Shown: positions 1-13,933 of the stretch, in pieces
Layout: each line of letters opens with the position of its first letter
Numbering within the stretch: the first letter of the stretch is position 1
From: Rhizophagus irregularis
Lineage: Eukaryota
Assembly (NCBI RefSeq): GCF_026210795.1
Contig: NC_089435.1
Span: 2,480,001-2,544,000, forward strand
Direction: 5' to 3'
DNA length: 64,000 nucleotides
Notes under the pieces: model-generated
What the model saw: the letters and a program-made list of their open reading frames with translations, nothing else
Told to the model about the DNA's origin: nothing
Database searches by the model: none
Made by a program: the position numbers and the translations under genes

Positions 1-2345
1 TTTTTTATTCCCTTTTTTTCTTTTTTTTATTTTTTTTTATTTCTCTTGTTCACTTGATAACCAACTCAAGCAAATAACATCCTACTTCGTTATTGATAAA
101 GTCTGCTAATTCTAAAGGAGGAATTGGCTATGACTTCTTTACCATTAAATAAAAATTTAGCACACTATTAATAATTTTTTCATTCTTATAATAGGTAAAT
201 GCAGAGATTTATAATCACTGGTAAAATGAAGAAATTTCCTAGAGGAATTCTTGAAAAAGAGTACATATCAAGTATTAAAAATGTGAAAAATTTTTACTTT
301 ATATTTGTTATCTGATTTCTTATTATTGAATTGTATTCAATTATTTATCAATTACAGCAATTTTGTATTGAAATACTGGATAACAGATGAAAATTCTTTG
401 AATGGAGCATTACTGATTTTCTAGATGAGTGTAAATGGCTTATTAAGAGACTTTAAAAGAGGTGTGTATTTTTTTATTTGCAAAGTGGGTAACTTCCTAA
501 GCTAAAATTAGAACGGATAACTCATTGGAGTCGGGGAGTTCACAAATTTTACTTAGGAGGGTACTGGATTTATTTGTTTGGGTTGGGTAAGGGTGAGCAA
601 AGTAGGTAATTCCTATGAAATTACCTGCTTTTTTATTTTATTTTATTTTATTTTTATTTTTATTTTTTTATTCCCTTTTTTTCTTTTTTTCTTTTATTTT
701 TTTTTATTTCTCTTGTTCACTTGATAACCAACTCAAGCAAATAACATCCTACTTTGTTATTGATAAAGTCTGCTAATTCTAAAGGAGGAATTGGCTATGT
801 CTTCTTTACCATTAAATAAAAATTTAGCACACTATTAATAATTTTTTCATTCTTATAATAGGTAAATGCAGAGATTTACAATCACTGGTAAAATGAAGAA
901 ATTTCCTAGAGGAATTCTTGAAAAAGAGTACATATCAAGTATTAAAAATGTGAAAATTTTTTACTTTATATTTGTTATCTGATTTCTTATTATTGAATTG
1001 TATTCAATTATTTATCAATTACAGCAATTTTGTATTGAAATACTGGACAACAGATGAAAATTCTTTGAATGGAGCATTACTGATTTTCTAGATGAGTGTA
1101 AATGGCTTATTAAGAGACTTTAAAAGAGGTGTGTATTTTTTTATTTGCAAAGTGGGTAACTTTCTAAGCTAAAATTAGAACGGATAACTCATTGAGTCGG
1201 GGAGTTCACAAATTTTACTTAGGAGGGTACTGGATTTATTTGTTTGGGTTGGGTAAGGGTGAGCAAAGTAGGTAATTCCTATGAAATTACCTGCTTTTTT
1301 ATTTTATTTTATTTTATTTTTATTTTTATTTTTTTATTCCCTTTTTTTCTTTTTTTCTTTTATTTTTTTTATTTCTATTGTTCACTTGATAACCAACTCA
1401 AGCAAATAACATCCTACTTTGTTATTGATAAAGTCTGCTAATTCTAAAGGAGGAATTGGCTATGTCTTCTTTACCATTAAATAAAAATTTAGCACACTAT
1501 TAATAATTTTTTCATTCTTATAATAGGTAAATGTAGAGATTTACAATCACTGGTAAAATGAGAAATTTCCTAAAGGAATTCTTGAAAAAGAGTGCATATC
1601 AAGTATTAAAAATGTGAAAAATTTTTACTTTATATTTGTTATCTGATTTCTTATTATTGAATTGTATTCAATTATTTATCAATTACAGCAATTTTGTATT
1701 GAAATACTGGACAACAGATGAAAATTCTTTGAATGGAGCATTACTGATTTTCTAGATGAGTGTAAATGGCTTATTAAGAGACTTTAAAAGAGGTGTGTAT
1801 TTTTTTATTTGCAAAGTGGGTAACTTTCTAAGCTAAAATTAGAACGGATAACTCATTGAGTCGGGGAGTTCACAAATTTTACTTAGGAGGGTACTGGATT
1901 TATTTGTTTGGGTTGGGTAAGGGTGAGCAAAGTAGGTAATTCCTATGAAATTACCTGCTTTTTTATTTTATTTTATTTTATTTTTATTTTTATTTTTTTA
2001 TTCCCTTTTTTTCTTTTTTTCTTTATTTTTTTTTATTTCTATTGTTCACTTGATAACCAACTCAAGCAAATAACATCCTACTTTGTTATTGATAAAGTCT
2101 GCTAATTCTAAAGGAGGAATTGGCTATGTCTTCTTTACCATTAAATAGAAATTTAGCACACTATTAATAATTTTTTCTTTCTCATAATAGGTAAATGCAG
2201 AGATTTACAATCACTGGTAGAATGAAGAAATTTCTTAAAGGAGTTTTTGAAAAAGAGTGTGTATTAAATCTTAAAAATGTAAAATTTTTTTTTTTTTAAT
2301 GTATACTTTATATTTGTTATCTGACTTCTTATTATTGGATTGTAT
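1..2345. repeat. Tandem repeat, ~665-bp unit, ~3.5 near-identical copies (truncated by window start)
   Basis: Anchor CACTTGATAACCAACTCAAGC recurs at 51, 718, 1383 and 2047; the last copy diverges after ~2250. Confidence 0.95.
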
Positions 2346-3356
2346 TTGTTCCTTCTTATGATTGCCAAGGTACACTACTCAAATACATTTGTTAGAAGAA
2401 GATGAACATAAGTTTGGTAAGGAATAAGGCAATAAAAAGAAATATTACATTTAAAATCTTTTTCAAAGTTCATAGCTGTATTTTTTTAGTATAACTGTTT
2501 AAAATATTAATAATATTTAAATATGATTTTTTATTGATTAAATACATTTATTTTATAAATTCAATTTTAGGAGAGTTTGGATTCAATTTTTCCTAGACTT
2601 TTTCTGCATTATAAAGATTAATTTTTTTTTTTGTAACAAATTTTTATTTAAAAATATATATAAATTTTCCATATAATGCAAATGTATTTGTAACTAATAA
2701 GTTTCAAAAAAATATAATAGCGTAATAAAATCACACATATTATTTTTGCGTCATCTGATGCACATCAGCTGTCAGATGACGCAATCACGCAAATCGCTTA
2801 AAAAATTATTTGTAAAACTCTATTTTGCCTTTATTATTTGAGAACATATGTAGTAATGGATAATTTTTAAAAAAATTACAGGATTTATTATTATTTACAA
2901 GGAAAATAAAGCAAGCTGAGGATTTGGATCGACAAAAGTATTATTTTTCTGAGACGCAGGAGAAAGTTTTGCAAAAAGTTACCAAAAAGTCTGTATTAGT
3001 ATTTAATGAATATACAGAACATAAAGAAAAAATGGAAACTTTTTTTACCAAAAAAGAAATTCCAAAGAAATATATCACATAGATTATCGTAAATAGCTAA
3101 AATTTGCATTATAATGAAATTTCATGCAATTATATGCAAAGTTATGAAAGAAGAAATTGAAAATCAGAGATGATTTTCCGTTCTATAAAAAAAATCCTCA
3201 ATATATTCTTATATGGGAGTTAATGGAGCTTTTATGAAAAGAAAAATGAAACATAAAAGACTTAAAATAATATCCTTGCGTTAAATCTTTCTCCTTTCTT
3301 TAACATTAATAAAATATCAAAATATTTATAATTATATACGTATAAATACTGATAAA

Positions 3357-4800
3357 ATGACATATCATTTCGAAACTGAAGTAACCAAAGCGCTCGAAAA
3401 ACTGAAACAGATTATAATGTTATCATTTATGCTGGAAAAAAACATGATTCTAAGAAATTTCATGCTCATTCTAATATCTTACAATGTAGATCCAAATATT
3501 TCGATAATATAATTTCTGATAAAAATATTGAGAAAAAAGATGAATAATATGTAATTTATAAACCAAACATTTCTCCTCAAGTTTATGACGTTATTCTTAA
3601 GTAAGTTATTTTAAATAAAATACAATTTTTACAAATATATTTCATTTATTTACAATTTTTTTTTTTTAGATATCTTTATGCTGATTATATTGATATCACA
3701 GACAAAATTGGAACTGAACTTTTAAATATTATAATCGCTTCAGATGAATTAAATTTAGAAAATTTAACTAGGTTTACTAAAGATTATATCGTTGAACATT
3801 GCCAATTAACAAAATGATCCGGTTGGAGCTCTTCAAACTGTTTTTTATTGTGAATCTCTCATTAATTTACGAGATCTTTGTTTGAAAACAATTTGTATTG
3901 AACCAGAAAATTTAATAAATTCACTCAACTATCCGGTCAATTATTGGAAATCATTTTAAAACGTGAAGATTTAAATATAGAAGAAAATGAAAATTTGGGA
4001 AATATGATAGTTAAATGGGATTGGCACAAGAACATAATTTTAGTAGAGATGTATCTCAATGGAATCAAAATGATATTATGACCTTTAAAAGGATTATTTG
4101 CAGGGTTTATTCCTTTAATTAGATTTTATGATATATCTCCTAAGGTTTATATGATCAAAATTAAACCTTATGAAGAAATTTTATCAAAGGAATATAGAAA
4201 TGATCTTTTGAATTATTACATGATCCCTGAATACAAACCAAACCTTAATAATTTAGCATCAAGATATTTAAAAGATATTAATTCCGTGATAATTGATCAA
4301 AGACATGTTACAAATTGGATTGATAGAAATGAGGAAAGAAAATTTAGTCTCTATAAATTTAATCTTTTATATAGAGCTAGTAGAGATGGTAATACGGCCA
4401 CAGAATTTTATAAAAAAAATGTGATAATAGGGGGGCTACTATAATTGTATTAAAAATTAAAAATTCTGAAGGAATAATTGGAGGATATAATCCACTTGAA
4501 TTGAATTCAACAAATGGTTCTTCTAAACGCACGAAAGGTAGTTTTCTATTCTCATTTACAAATAAAAAGAACGTCCAAACGGCAAAAGTAAGTTATAGTA
4601 ATGGTAATAAATACTCTATAGTTTGTTATCCATATTTCGGTCCAATTTGGTTATAATAACTTATATTTACATAATGATGGTACTTAGACAAGTTATCCTG
4701 ATGATAATCCATGTTCTTATCCCAAACTTGATGGTACCCAATAGGAACCTTTGATGTGGATGATTTTGAAGTTTTTCAGGTTATAAAGAAAATTAAAAAA
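3357..4800 (+). pseudogene. BTB/POZ-BACK-TLDc protein pseudogene
   Basis: ATG at 3357. BTB motifs DYNVIIYAG..FHAHSNILQCRSKYF; intron 3601-3669; then YLY...IIASDELNL, the TLDc start FNLLYRASRDG, IIGGYNP, SFLFSF and terminal DFEVFQV. Several frameshifts and in-frame stops. Confidence 0.85.
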
Positions 4801-5398
4801 ATTAAATTTAAAATTAATATTTTGGACGAAAAAAAATATATTAAATTAGGATTTTTTTTTATCGCTACCGATTGATATTATGGTTTCCTGAATGCTCATT
4901 TTACTGAAATCAATTTTCCGATTAGCCATTTCCAGACCGGATCATTTCTTGAAGCTCCAATATCTTGAACTTTACTGGAATAAATGATATATATAAAAAT
5001 TTCCTTTTTTAGAATATATTTAGTTAAATCACAATGACAGAAAAATAAATAATATTTCCCATAATTTTTAGGCTTCTTTTTAACCCATTCCATTTTTTAC
5101 CAAAAGATTATTTGATTACAAAATTTAAAATAAAAATAACTGATAACATTAATTTTCAAACAAATATTTAAATATATGATAAATTGATAATAAAAATAAT
5201 GATACAATATGTAACTATATATACTGTACGTAAACTTTTTTTGCGTAAGTATCATAAAAGAAAAATTCATCTGAACGGTCACAGTACAATTTTAATATTC
5301 TACCGACATGAAATTAACCGACGCCATTTTGCTGACTTCCATTTTACCGACATGTAAAATCACCCGACTTGTCATTTCAACCAAAAATTTAGAATATA

Positions 5399-6351
5399 TA
5401 GAAAGTAAGTAACGGAAATTGGCTAAGTAAGTAACGTAAAGTCACATGATTTATTACGTTACTCCCCTTAATATAAGGCACGTAACGTAAAGTGAAATTT
5501 TTTTTATCTTACGTTACGTATCTTATATGGTTCACGTGACAACGTAAGTGATTTTTTGTGGCACATCACGATCAGCCTATTTGTTTGTTTACATTTTACA
5601 TAACTCCCTCGTTTTTTTCTTTTAATGTCAAAATGTCAAACAAAATCTTATAAAAAGATAGAAAGTCAAAGACAATTAAGTTTGAACAATTATTTAGGTA
5701 TAAAATTTGTTTATTAAACTGCCTGTCATATATTAACTGTTTTATTTTTTGGTTATTTTGTATACAAAAAATTTAGAGTATAGTTTTGATATCTTTGTTA
5801 AAGTTAATTGTCTTTTGGAGATAAGTAAAGCTGTTTAATAGGTATGGTACTATTGGATTACTCAAAGATCTATTTTTACTGGGTTTGGCTTTCATATTTG
5901 TGGAGTTGTAATTATTTTCATAATAATATTAGGACGCGTTACGCGTAACGCGTTTATTTACTGTATTTTAATTTATAAATAATAAAGACATTAATTAAAG
6001 CTTATCTGTTATGTTTTTATTTGTTTTATGTTTATTAATAAATTATTAAAATAAATAATTTTTATAATTTTAAAAGTATAAAATCAATTTTCTTTTATAT
6101 TTAAAGGCATAAGAAAATCAACTCTAATAGTATGAAAAATTCTTTTTTAAAATAAATTTTTTACCAAGATAAATATGCAAAAATTGATAATATAAATCAC
6201 GTGGTGCTAGATATGGTGAGACAGGTGAGTAACGTAAGGTAAAAAAATTTTATCTTACGTTCCGTGCCTTAATTAAGGGGAGTAACCTAAATCAACCTAA
6301 ATTAGTAACTTTACGTTACTCACTTAGCCAATTTCCGTTACTTACTTACTA
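5399..6351. mobile_element. Non-autonomous TIR element (MITE-like) with ~110-bp imperfect inverted termini
   Basis: AGTAAGTAACGGAAATTGGCTAAGT at 5404 is the exact reverse complement of ACTTAGCCAATTTCCGTTACTTACT (6322-6346); similarity continues inward (GTTACTCCCCTTAAT/ATTAAGGGGAGTAAC). No ORF. Confidence 0.8.
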
Positions 6352-9300
6352 CCTACCGAAAAATTTATTAGCTGCGCCTCACTCCTTACTGCGCCTTAAT
6401 TTTCAAATTATTTCAAGTGCCGAAGTTCAACAAATTGATTAACAAAATGCAAGATTTTAAAAGCACAAATCTAATTATTCCTTTGTAATCTTTCTCTATT
6501 TTTTTTTTCAAATATTACGGTTAGAAATTTTAGAAACAAAAAAATTTATTTCATTGAAAATATTTCTTGCTTAATGCTGTAAGGCAAAATTTCATAATCG
6601 TTGACAAAATAGGGATTCGTTTAAAATGGGTGAATACGCATCTGATCTACTACGCAATAATTATTGCTGGTGCATAAAATTCTTGAAGCAATAATTCCTT
6701 AATCCTTGTTTACAGTTATTATTTTTTTTTTCTGATTCAATCTTGATATAATATAAACGTGACTATTACTACTATTTCAACATTTCTCTTTTAAACAAAT
6801 ACTTATTTCTTCTTATATTAATTAAGTTATTTTACTTTATTAATTTGGGTAAAATGAAATTTATTTCATGTTCAGTACAACTTTAGTACAAATTTTATTT
6901 GTTAATATTATCCTTGTTAAAATTACATACTTTAATTCATTTTTATTGATTTAAATTTTAACATTAATGTATTGAATAATTTGCAATAATAAAAAATATG
7001 CATTTCAGTAGAATAAATTTGCTAAATTATAAGTAATATTTTACATGTATTTATTTAACATAAATAAAATAAGCTATAAATACATTAAATATCTTACTTG
7101 TTGTAAGTTATGAAAAAAATATTATTTCCATTGGTTTCCGAAATGATTATTATTATTGTTGACTTTTTTCCTTTCCCTGAAGTCTCCTTTTCCTAGAGTC
7201 TTCTTTAATTCTATCTTTAAATGATAAAAGAAAATTTTGTTATTAATCCTAATCTCAAAATATGCCAGTTACCTCAACAATGATACGATTAATCAGTCGT
7301 AGAATCATTATTTAGCAAATAATATCACATTAAAAAGCCCAATTTTTGATTTTTAATTGCAAGTTTTGTTTAGTTAAAATTATAATTAACATTAGTTCCA
7401 TGTAAAAGGTTCCCACCTTAAAAATTTATTGATTTATTTATATATGTTCATTATCTTATATTTACTCGATTTATTAATTAAAAAAAAATTCTTAAAACTA
7501 AAAGTTTAGAGCGTAATAAATTTAGCAATTGTAATCATTCCGAATAAGAATGAAAAAAATGATAGTATTAACGCAGAATCTTCAATGAGATAAAATTAAT
7601 ACAATTGAATAAATACAGTAAATACAGTTTAGTTTTACTTCATTGCACAATAATTGCATGATTATGTGACTGAGATAACTGGAATGAAATTTGATGAAAA
7701 TCCAATATAAATCTCTTAAAATTCTTAGTAAGTAAATTGTAAAATCAAATATTCCCTAATATTAATTCAATTAAAAATCATTTTGTTATCTGTAACAGTA
7801 TATAAAAGAATTTCCATTTTTATGTTGGTATAATTAGGAGTTCATTTTTGTTTTGTAACTGAACGAGTCAGTGTCAAATAATTTGTGATATAAAATCATG
7901 TTTATAGTGGGAATATTAGGTCAATTAAAACCAAAAACTAGTTTAAGCTAATCTCACTCTAAATTTTGATCCCGATTAATAAAAAAAAAATTTATTCAAC
8001 TATTTATCAAAACTTAAATATCACATCATAAAATTTTAATTTTATAACTTAAAAAATTATTAATTAACTGTCAATATTTATTGATTGGAATAAATTATTA
8101 TTATTATTTTTTTTTTGTTAGTAACGCGCTTTTCTTTATTATAAATTTAAACTGTAGATAGTACAAAATAAATTCAAGAACAAGCAGCAATTGCTATCTA
8201 CTAACTCCATCAGTGTGCAATGATGGATGCGATGAAAACTCATCACTAAATGCCAAAGGAAAGCTAATCAATAAGACTATCTACTAATAACTAACTACTA
8301 ACGTCTACCTCTACTTTGTGTACCTATAAAATGTCTACCTCTACCTTTATCTTTTCTACGATAGGTTCTCCATTCTCCACTTCGTTTTCATCATTCCCTA
8401 CCTTAATCCTACCACCTTGTTTATATTAATATCTTATATTTAAACTTTTGGGCATGATCTATTGATTTATGTTACATCAATTTCTTTTTTTTCAAAATAC
8501 ATGGGCGAAAATGTAGCAAAATGAAAGAAAGTTAGGGTATTAGACAATTCGTATTAATAAAAGGAATTGAAAATAAAACATAATAATGGTAATAATTATA
8601 AAAAGATATATGACATAAGTAGTTAAGATTTAAAAGATCAAATTTTTATAAATGAAATCCTTGGATGGATTAAAAGAGAAAATACAATTTAATCGTCATT
8701 TATATGTAAAGTAATTGAAGATGATAGTTATTTAACATTTTCATTTTATTTTTTTTATTTACATTATTACTACAAAATGTATAATTAATAAAAAAATGCA
8801 AACAAATGATCCAAAATATGGATAATATAGACAATATTTCCATTTAAGCCGAATTTCCTATTCATAAAAATACGAACGGTAAGCATTTTCTTCTTTCGAA
8901 GTAAATCTATATTCCTTAAAGTCGCAACTGATAAAAAAAACATGAACTTTTATGATGCTAATTCATTATAACTTCTAGTAGTACTCTTAATGGAAAAACT
9001 GCACTACCAATAAAATCTAATCGAAGCTAATATTATGCTTATATTGGATTACGTAAAATTTATAATAATTAATATTTATCGCCTTGAATATAATGCAAGA
9101 TATCAATTATAAATTCTTCCTAATTCAATGGTTTCTATAAAAATATTACATAAAAAGTGTTATTTAAAGAATATCATTTACAGCGGTCTTCGTCCCTAAG
9201 CATAATATATTGTATATTATTGTCTTATAATGTGTAAATTGTAATTTTTGATTCGCAAGTGCGCAAAGTGATATAATGTTATTTATTTAAGAATGTAAAA

Positions 9301-9406
9301 AAAAAATGTACATAATAGAATTTAATATCTTAAATGTTATATATATATATATTCGGTGCGGCGCAAATACAAATAATAAAAGGATAAAGTATAATCAGTT
9401 TTTTGA

Positions 9407-10531
9407 TCAAATATCTTCCAAAGGATACGGATTTTTAAAGAGCTCGGCTTTCAATACTTCATCAGGAAGAATGGATTTGACATAATCAAATATTTTTCCT
9501 GCTAAGCAGGCTTCATGTAAATCCCGTGGATCAAATCGAGGAGTTTTAATTAATTTCCTATAAATATGCTTAAGTTGACTTTTCTCATCCTCCGTACTAC
9601 AATTCATAAAGCCATAATCTACATCTACAGAAGGTTGAAGTTCTGCAGATTCACTTAACGCATATTGTTTGAGGTAATAGACACTCTTTGTTGATTGATT
9701 GTATCCACGAATCTCAATCTTGTTTTCTGATAGCCAATTGCAATTGTCACTACTACATTTTCTCTTTAACAAATCAACTATTGATCCAGATAAGTAAGCA
9801 TCATGGAATTCATCGATCTTACAGCCCTTCTGAATAATAAGTTCCTGATACAAATCAGCCAACCGTCTTTCTTTTGACTTTCTTAAGGAATCATTACTAG
9901 ATTTACAAGAGCAAAACCCAAGATCAATCCAATCGATATCTTCAATAATTGGAATACGACCACTGAGAATAGTTATATAGAACGCGTAAACATTACGCTT
10001 TGATTCTGGAATAGACTTAAGGGGAACTTTTACATCATCTAAGGAAAGATAGGGTATAAGCAATTCGAGATACTTTTCTGTTAAAGATTTATCAGATTTT
10101 TCGCCCTCGTATTTACGTAGGCCCTGCAACACATTTTCATTTTTTAAGAACCACTTGTAATAATCACTAGTGTAACCCGCATCATCATAAGCCTTTTTGA
10201 TGTTTTGTGCTAAAGTGTCACTTTTCCACCATGAATGGAGCTGAGAGGCACTGCAACCTATAATCTTTATAAGGCCAATATACAAGCCCATAAGTTTTGA
10301 TTCATCCCCAGAACGCACGCAGTTGCAAAAACCGTATTCATATCGCACCGCCTTTTTCGTGGGAATTAAATCGTCCAAAACATTTTTAATAAGAATGTCT
10401 GCAGACCTTGAAGGACAAACGAGCACATGATTGGAGTAGTCTTTCTTTTGACATGATGTACCACAGTAATACTTGGCTTGACATCTCGAACAACGTTGAT
10501 TTGTAGGTTTTTTACATACACTACATTCCAT
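9407..10531 (-). CDS. MYND-type zinc-finger protein, intronless, 374 aa
   Basis: N-terminal CSVC..CSRC..YYCGTSCQKKDYSNHVLVC matches the zf-MYND pattern; open frame with ATG and stop. Confidence 0.9.
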   Translation of the reverse strand: MECSVCKKPTNQRCSRCQAKYYCGTSCQKKDYSNHVLVCPSRSADILIKNVLDDLIPTKKAVRYEYGFCNCVRSGDESKLMGLYIGLIKIIGCSASQLHSWWKSDTLAQNIKKAYDDAGYTSDYYKWFLKNENVLQGLRKYEGEKSDKSLTEKYLELLIPYLSLDDVKVPLKSIPESKRNVYAFYITILSGRIPIIEDIDWIDLGFCSCKSSNDSLRKSKERRLADLYQELIIQKGCKIDEFHDAYLSGSIVDLLKRKCSSDNCNWLSENKIEIRGYNQSTKSVYYLKQYALSESAELQPSVDVDYGFMNCSTEDEKSQLKHIYRKLIKTPRFDPRDLHEACLAGKIFDYVKSILPDEVLKAELFKNPYPLEDI

Positions 10532-11614
10532 TTTACAGGATTCAAAACTTGAAAAAAAAGATTGGTAAAATGTTAATATATATGTCGATACAATTGATTT
10601 TCATCTGAAATTGATAATCTAATCCAACCTATCGTTTATCCAAAGCTTGGTAAACGTTATTTCAGACTTTTAGTAGCTCCGAAGTAGATGTAAAAAAAAT
10701 TATGGAAATATTTTTTTTTTTAGGGTCGATACTTTATGTGAAAATTAATCGTCGCACAAGATATCGTACGATACGATACGCAATTATTGCATCATATATT
10801 CCTTAATAAGGATAAATAACATGCTAATTTTCATTGACCGCAGTGAACTAAACCATATCTTTCCGTTAAATGATCCATAAATTCCCATATATCAAGATTT
10901 TTATCAACGTGTTAGTATAAAAAAATACCGGTTACTCGGCACAAATAACCATTAAAAACGAATTATCTTACAATGTTTACTTGAATGATTTCACGTGATT
11001 TTACGTTTCAACAATCTCCTTTTTTTGTTGATTCATCTTTTTTTAAATTGTTTTCAACATCACAATAAACCTCCCATTATTTAATTATTTTACTATGGTA
11101 TTTTGAAGTACTCCGAATTTTAATGAAGAAGAACTTTTCCTTTTACATATAAAAGTCATCAGTTAATGGGTTTCTCAGAAATTTTAGGTTGGTACAGTAC
11201 ATATGACCTCTGCTGTAGAAACGAATTAATTAAATATTTTTATTTTAAAATTTTATTTTTAGTCGATTTATTCTACTTTGATTAATGAAAAAACTAAATA
11301 TTTAACAGGAAATGGCTTTGTATTTAATAAAAAGGGTTTAAAATTTAATAAAATGATTTGGAATTTAACAAAAAATGTTAGCATTTAACAAAAGTGGCTT
11401 AGTGTTTAACAAAAAAAGAAATCTAATATTTAACAAAATGGCTTTAACATATACAGTATAAGATGCAATATCTTTAGTCCAATGATTAATTAATTACAGA
11501 TTTATTTAAGAATACCAGTAGGATGGATAATACTTGCAAATAATTAAATATATAAAGAAAAGGGTTTTGTTTTTTTATCGCACCTACAACATGTCACATG
11601 GGTCACGCCACCAA

Positions 11615-12547
11615 ATTTTATTGGTGGAAATTTTGTGCCACATTTTGCGTCATAGTCAAAATGATTTTTTTTTTGGCGTTTTTAGTGATAGTTTTTTAGT
11701 TTTTTTTGATTTGAAAGCCCAAATACCTTTTCTTCTTTTTTTTAGAAACATTTGAAGGTTGGTAAGTAGTTTCTTTCTTTAGTTTGTTTTGAGTTTTTAT
11801 TTTTTTTGATTTGGGAACATCACTTATGTTCCTTTTCTTACTTTTTTTATTTAGATATACTTTGTAAGTAGGTATAAGTGCTTTTATGTTTTTATTGATT
11901 TAGGAATGCTACTAACATTTTTTCTTTTTACTTTTTTGTAAAGATAGACCATATCCAAGGACAAAGAACGTGAAAATCAAGAACAAAAAGATAAACACAA
12001 AAATCAATAACAGTATCAAAGGGTAAATTACATTCCAACGTTCAAGAACATGAAAAGCAAGAAAAAATAACACAAATTACTTACCATTCTGAAGTCCAAA
12101 GCCGGAGTTTTGATCCAGAAATATCCCTAAAAAAAGGAAGAAAAAGGAACGTTAGTAGCGTTCCCTAAATTAAAGAACAATACAAAAACGCGAAAAAAGC
12201 CAAATACTCACCCTTCCGAAGTCCAAAGCTGAAGTTTTGATCCGAAAACGTCCTAAAAAAAAGAAGAAAAAGGTACATTAGCAGCGTTCCTAATCAAAAT
12301 AAAAAATAAAAAATAAAATACTCAAATTTCGAAACTTAGAAACGTCCAAGAAAAGGAACGTTAATAGCGTTCCTAACTCTAAGAACAATAAAATAAAAGA
12401 AAATAAAAAAACCACCAAATATGTACCATTCCGATTTCCGAAGTTTAAAGCCGAAAGTTCGTTCCTAAAAAAAAGAATATTAAAAATAGATAAATCGCGT
12501 CACGTTATGCGCCGCAAAACGTGACACAAAATTTCCACCAATAAAAT
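11615..12547. mobile_element. TIR-bounded non-coding element with arms made of intron/micro-exon-like subunits
   Basis: 35-bp TIR ATTTTATTGGTGGAAATTTTGTGCCACATTTTGCG matches its reverse complement at 12513-12547 with 2 mismatches; interior has repeated GAAGTCCAAAGC and GGAACG..CGTTCC units. Confidence 0.75.
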
Positions 12548-13933
12548 CCAAGTGCATTTTTTTTCTTTTTGATCATAACTTAACCATGAAAATTCTTTAA
12601 ATCATTTTCTTTGAAATCCTTTTTTATTAATTTTCGCTTTTGTTTCTCTTTTTTGATATACAAGATTTTGAAATTTTCTTTTTTTTTTAGAACTCTTTTG
12701 AGAATTTTTTTCGTCTGTTTCGTCTATTTCTTCTGAAATAAATTATTTTTATCGCTTTCAGATAAAGATTTATCCTTTTATTTATTTTTACTATTATTTA
12801 CATTTAGCATTAATGGGTTTATAATAACGAAGAAGTATCATTTTTATTTTCGTTAATTTTGATAAAATTGCATGTATAATGATATTGTCGTAGAAAATTA
12901 TTTTTAAAAATAATTTACCTCAAAATTTTTCTCGGCAAAAAAATCCGATTAATGCTAGTGAAAATAGGTTCATACTACCACTAAAATGGTACTAGTCCGA
13001 GCACTATATGTAATAAATGTGGTTGGTGATTCAATCCTTTCCTTTTTTAGCACACAGGTAAAAATGCTGGAATCATACATATGGAATAGGTCGTCCACAT
13101 TATCGTTATTGCCGATCATTTTGCCGATCATTTCAATTATCGATTCGATATTATCTCATAAAAAAAAATACGATTATTGGGCTATTTTTCTTGCAAATTC
13201 CACTATGTATAATAAAACCAAAATTTTTATTTAACCATGTTCATGTAAAATTGATTGAGAAATGAAGTTTTGAAAATTTATTATATTTATTACATAAATT
13301 ATAACAATACAATTGAAGTATTTATTTAATGATAACTTCTCGGTTATTAAAAATTATTCTTGGTTATTTTAGTCATTAATTCTTGAATACCTAAATAATC
13401 ATATTGTAGAAGTATCAAATTTTCGCCCAAAAGCATCTGTGGCTCTTCAAAGTCCGATTAGGAAATGATCGGCGTATATATTATTAATTATTGAAAATTT
13501 CGGCCTAAAGCTAACTTTGAAACCACGTTTTATTTTGCCACAAAATTTTTATACTAAATTAATAATATATTAAACTATTAAATAAAATAATTTAAAATAA
13601 TTTTTTAAAATATTTATGGCCTATAATAAAGTTTCAAAATTAGCGTGATATCACATATATTATGATCGGCAAATGACCGACATGCGATATAAGGTATGTC
13701 CGCCCCGTTACATATGGTTGAAAGGTTGAAATATATTTATGTAAAATAAAGTGATTAAAAATTTTTCATAATAAGAAATCAATTTCCAAAAATGTATCTA
13801 GAATATATCCAAAAGTGACCTCATAGAAAGTTCCAAGATAAAAATCCCCGAATAAAGTTTTATTGCTCCAGAAAAAAATTCATTTCTATATTGCTCCCCT
13901 ACTAAAAAGTATATATATTAATTTTACTGTATA

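Noticed and set aside
1244..2105. Two 65-aa Phe-rich ORFs
   Set aside because: Translations of T-rich tracts in the tandem repeat with TTG starts; no domain.
2746..2784. 13-bp hairpin TTGCGTCATCTGA/TCAGATGACGCAA (a similar 14-bp inverted repeat lies at 63631-63685)
   Set aside because: Isolated; probably transposon-end remnants, not bacterial-type terminators, and no function can be supported.
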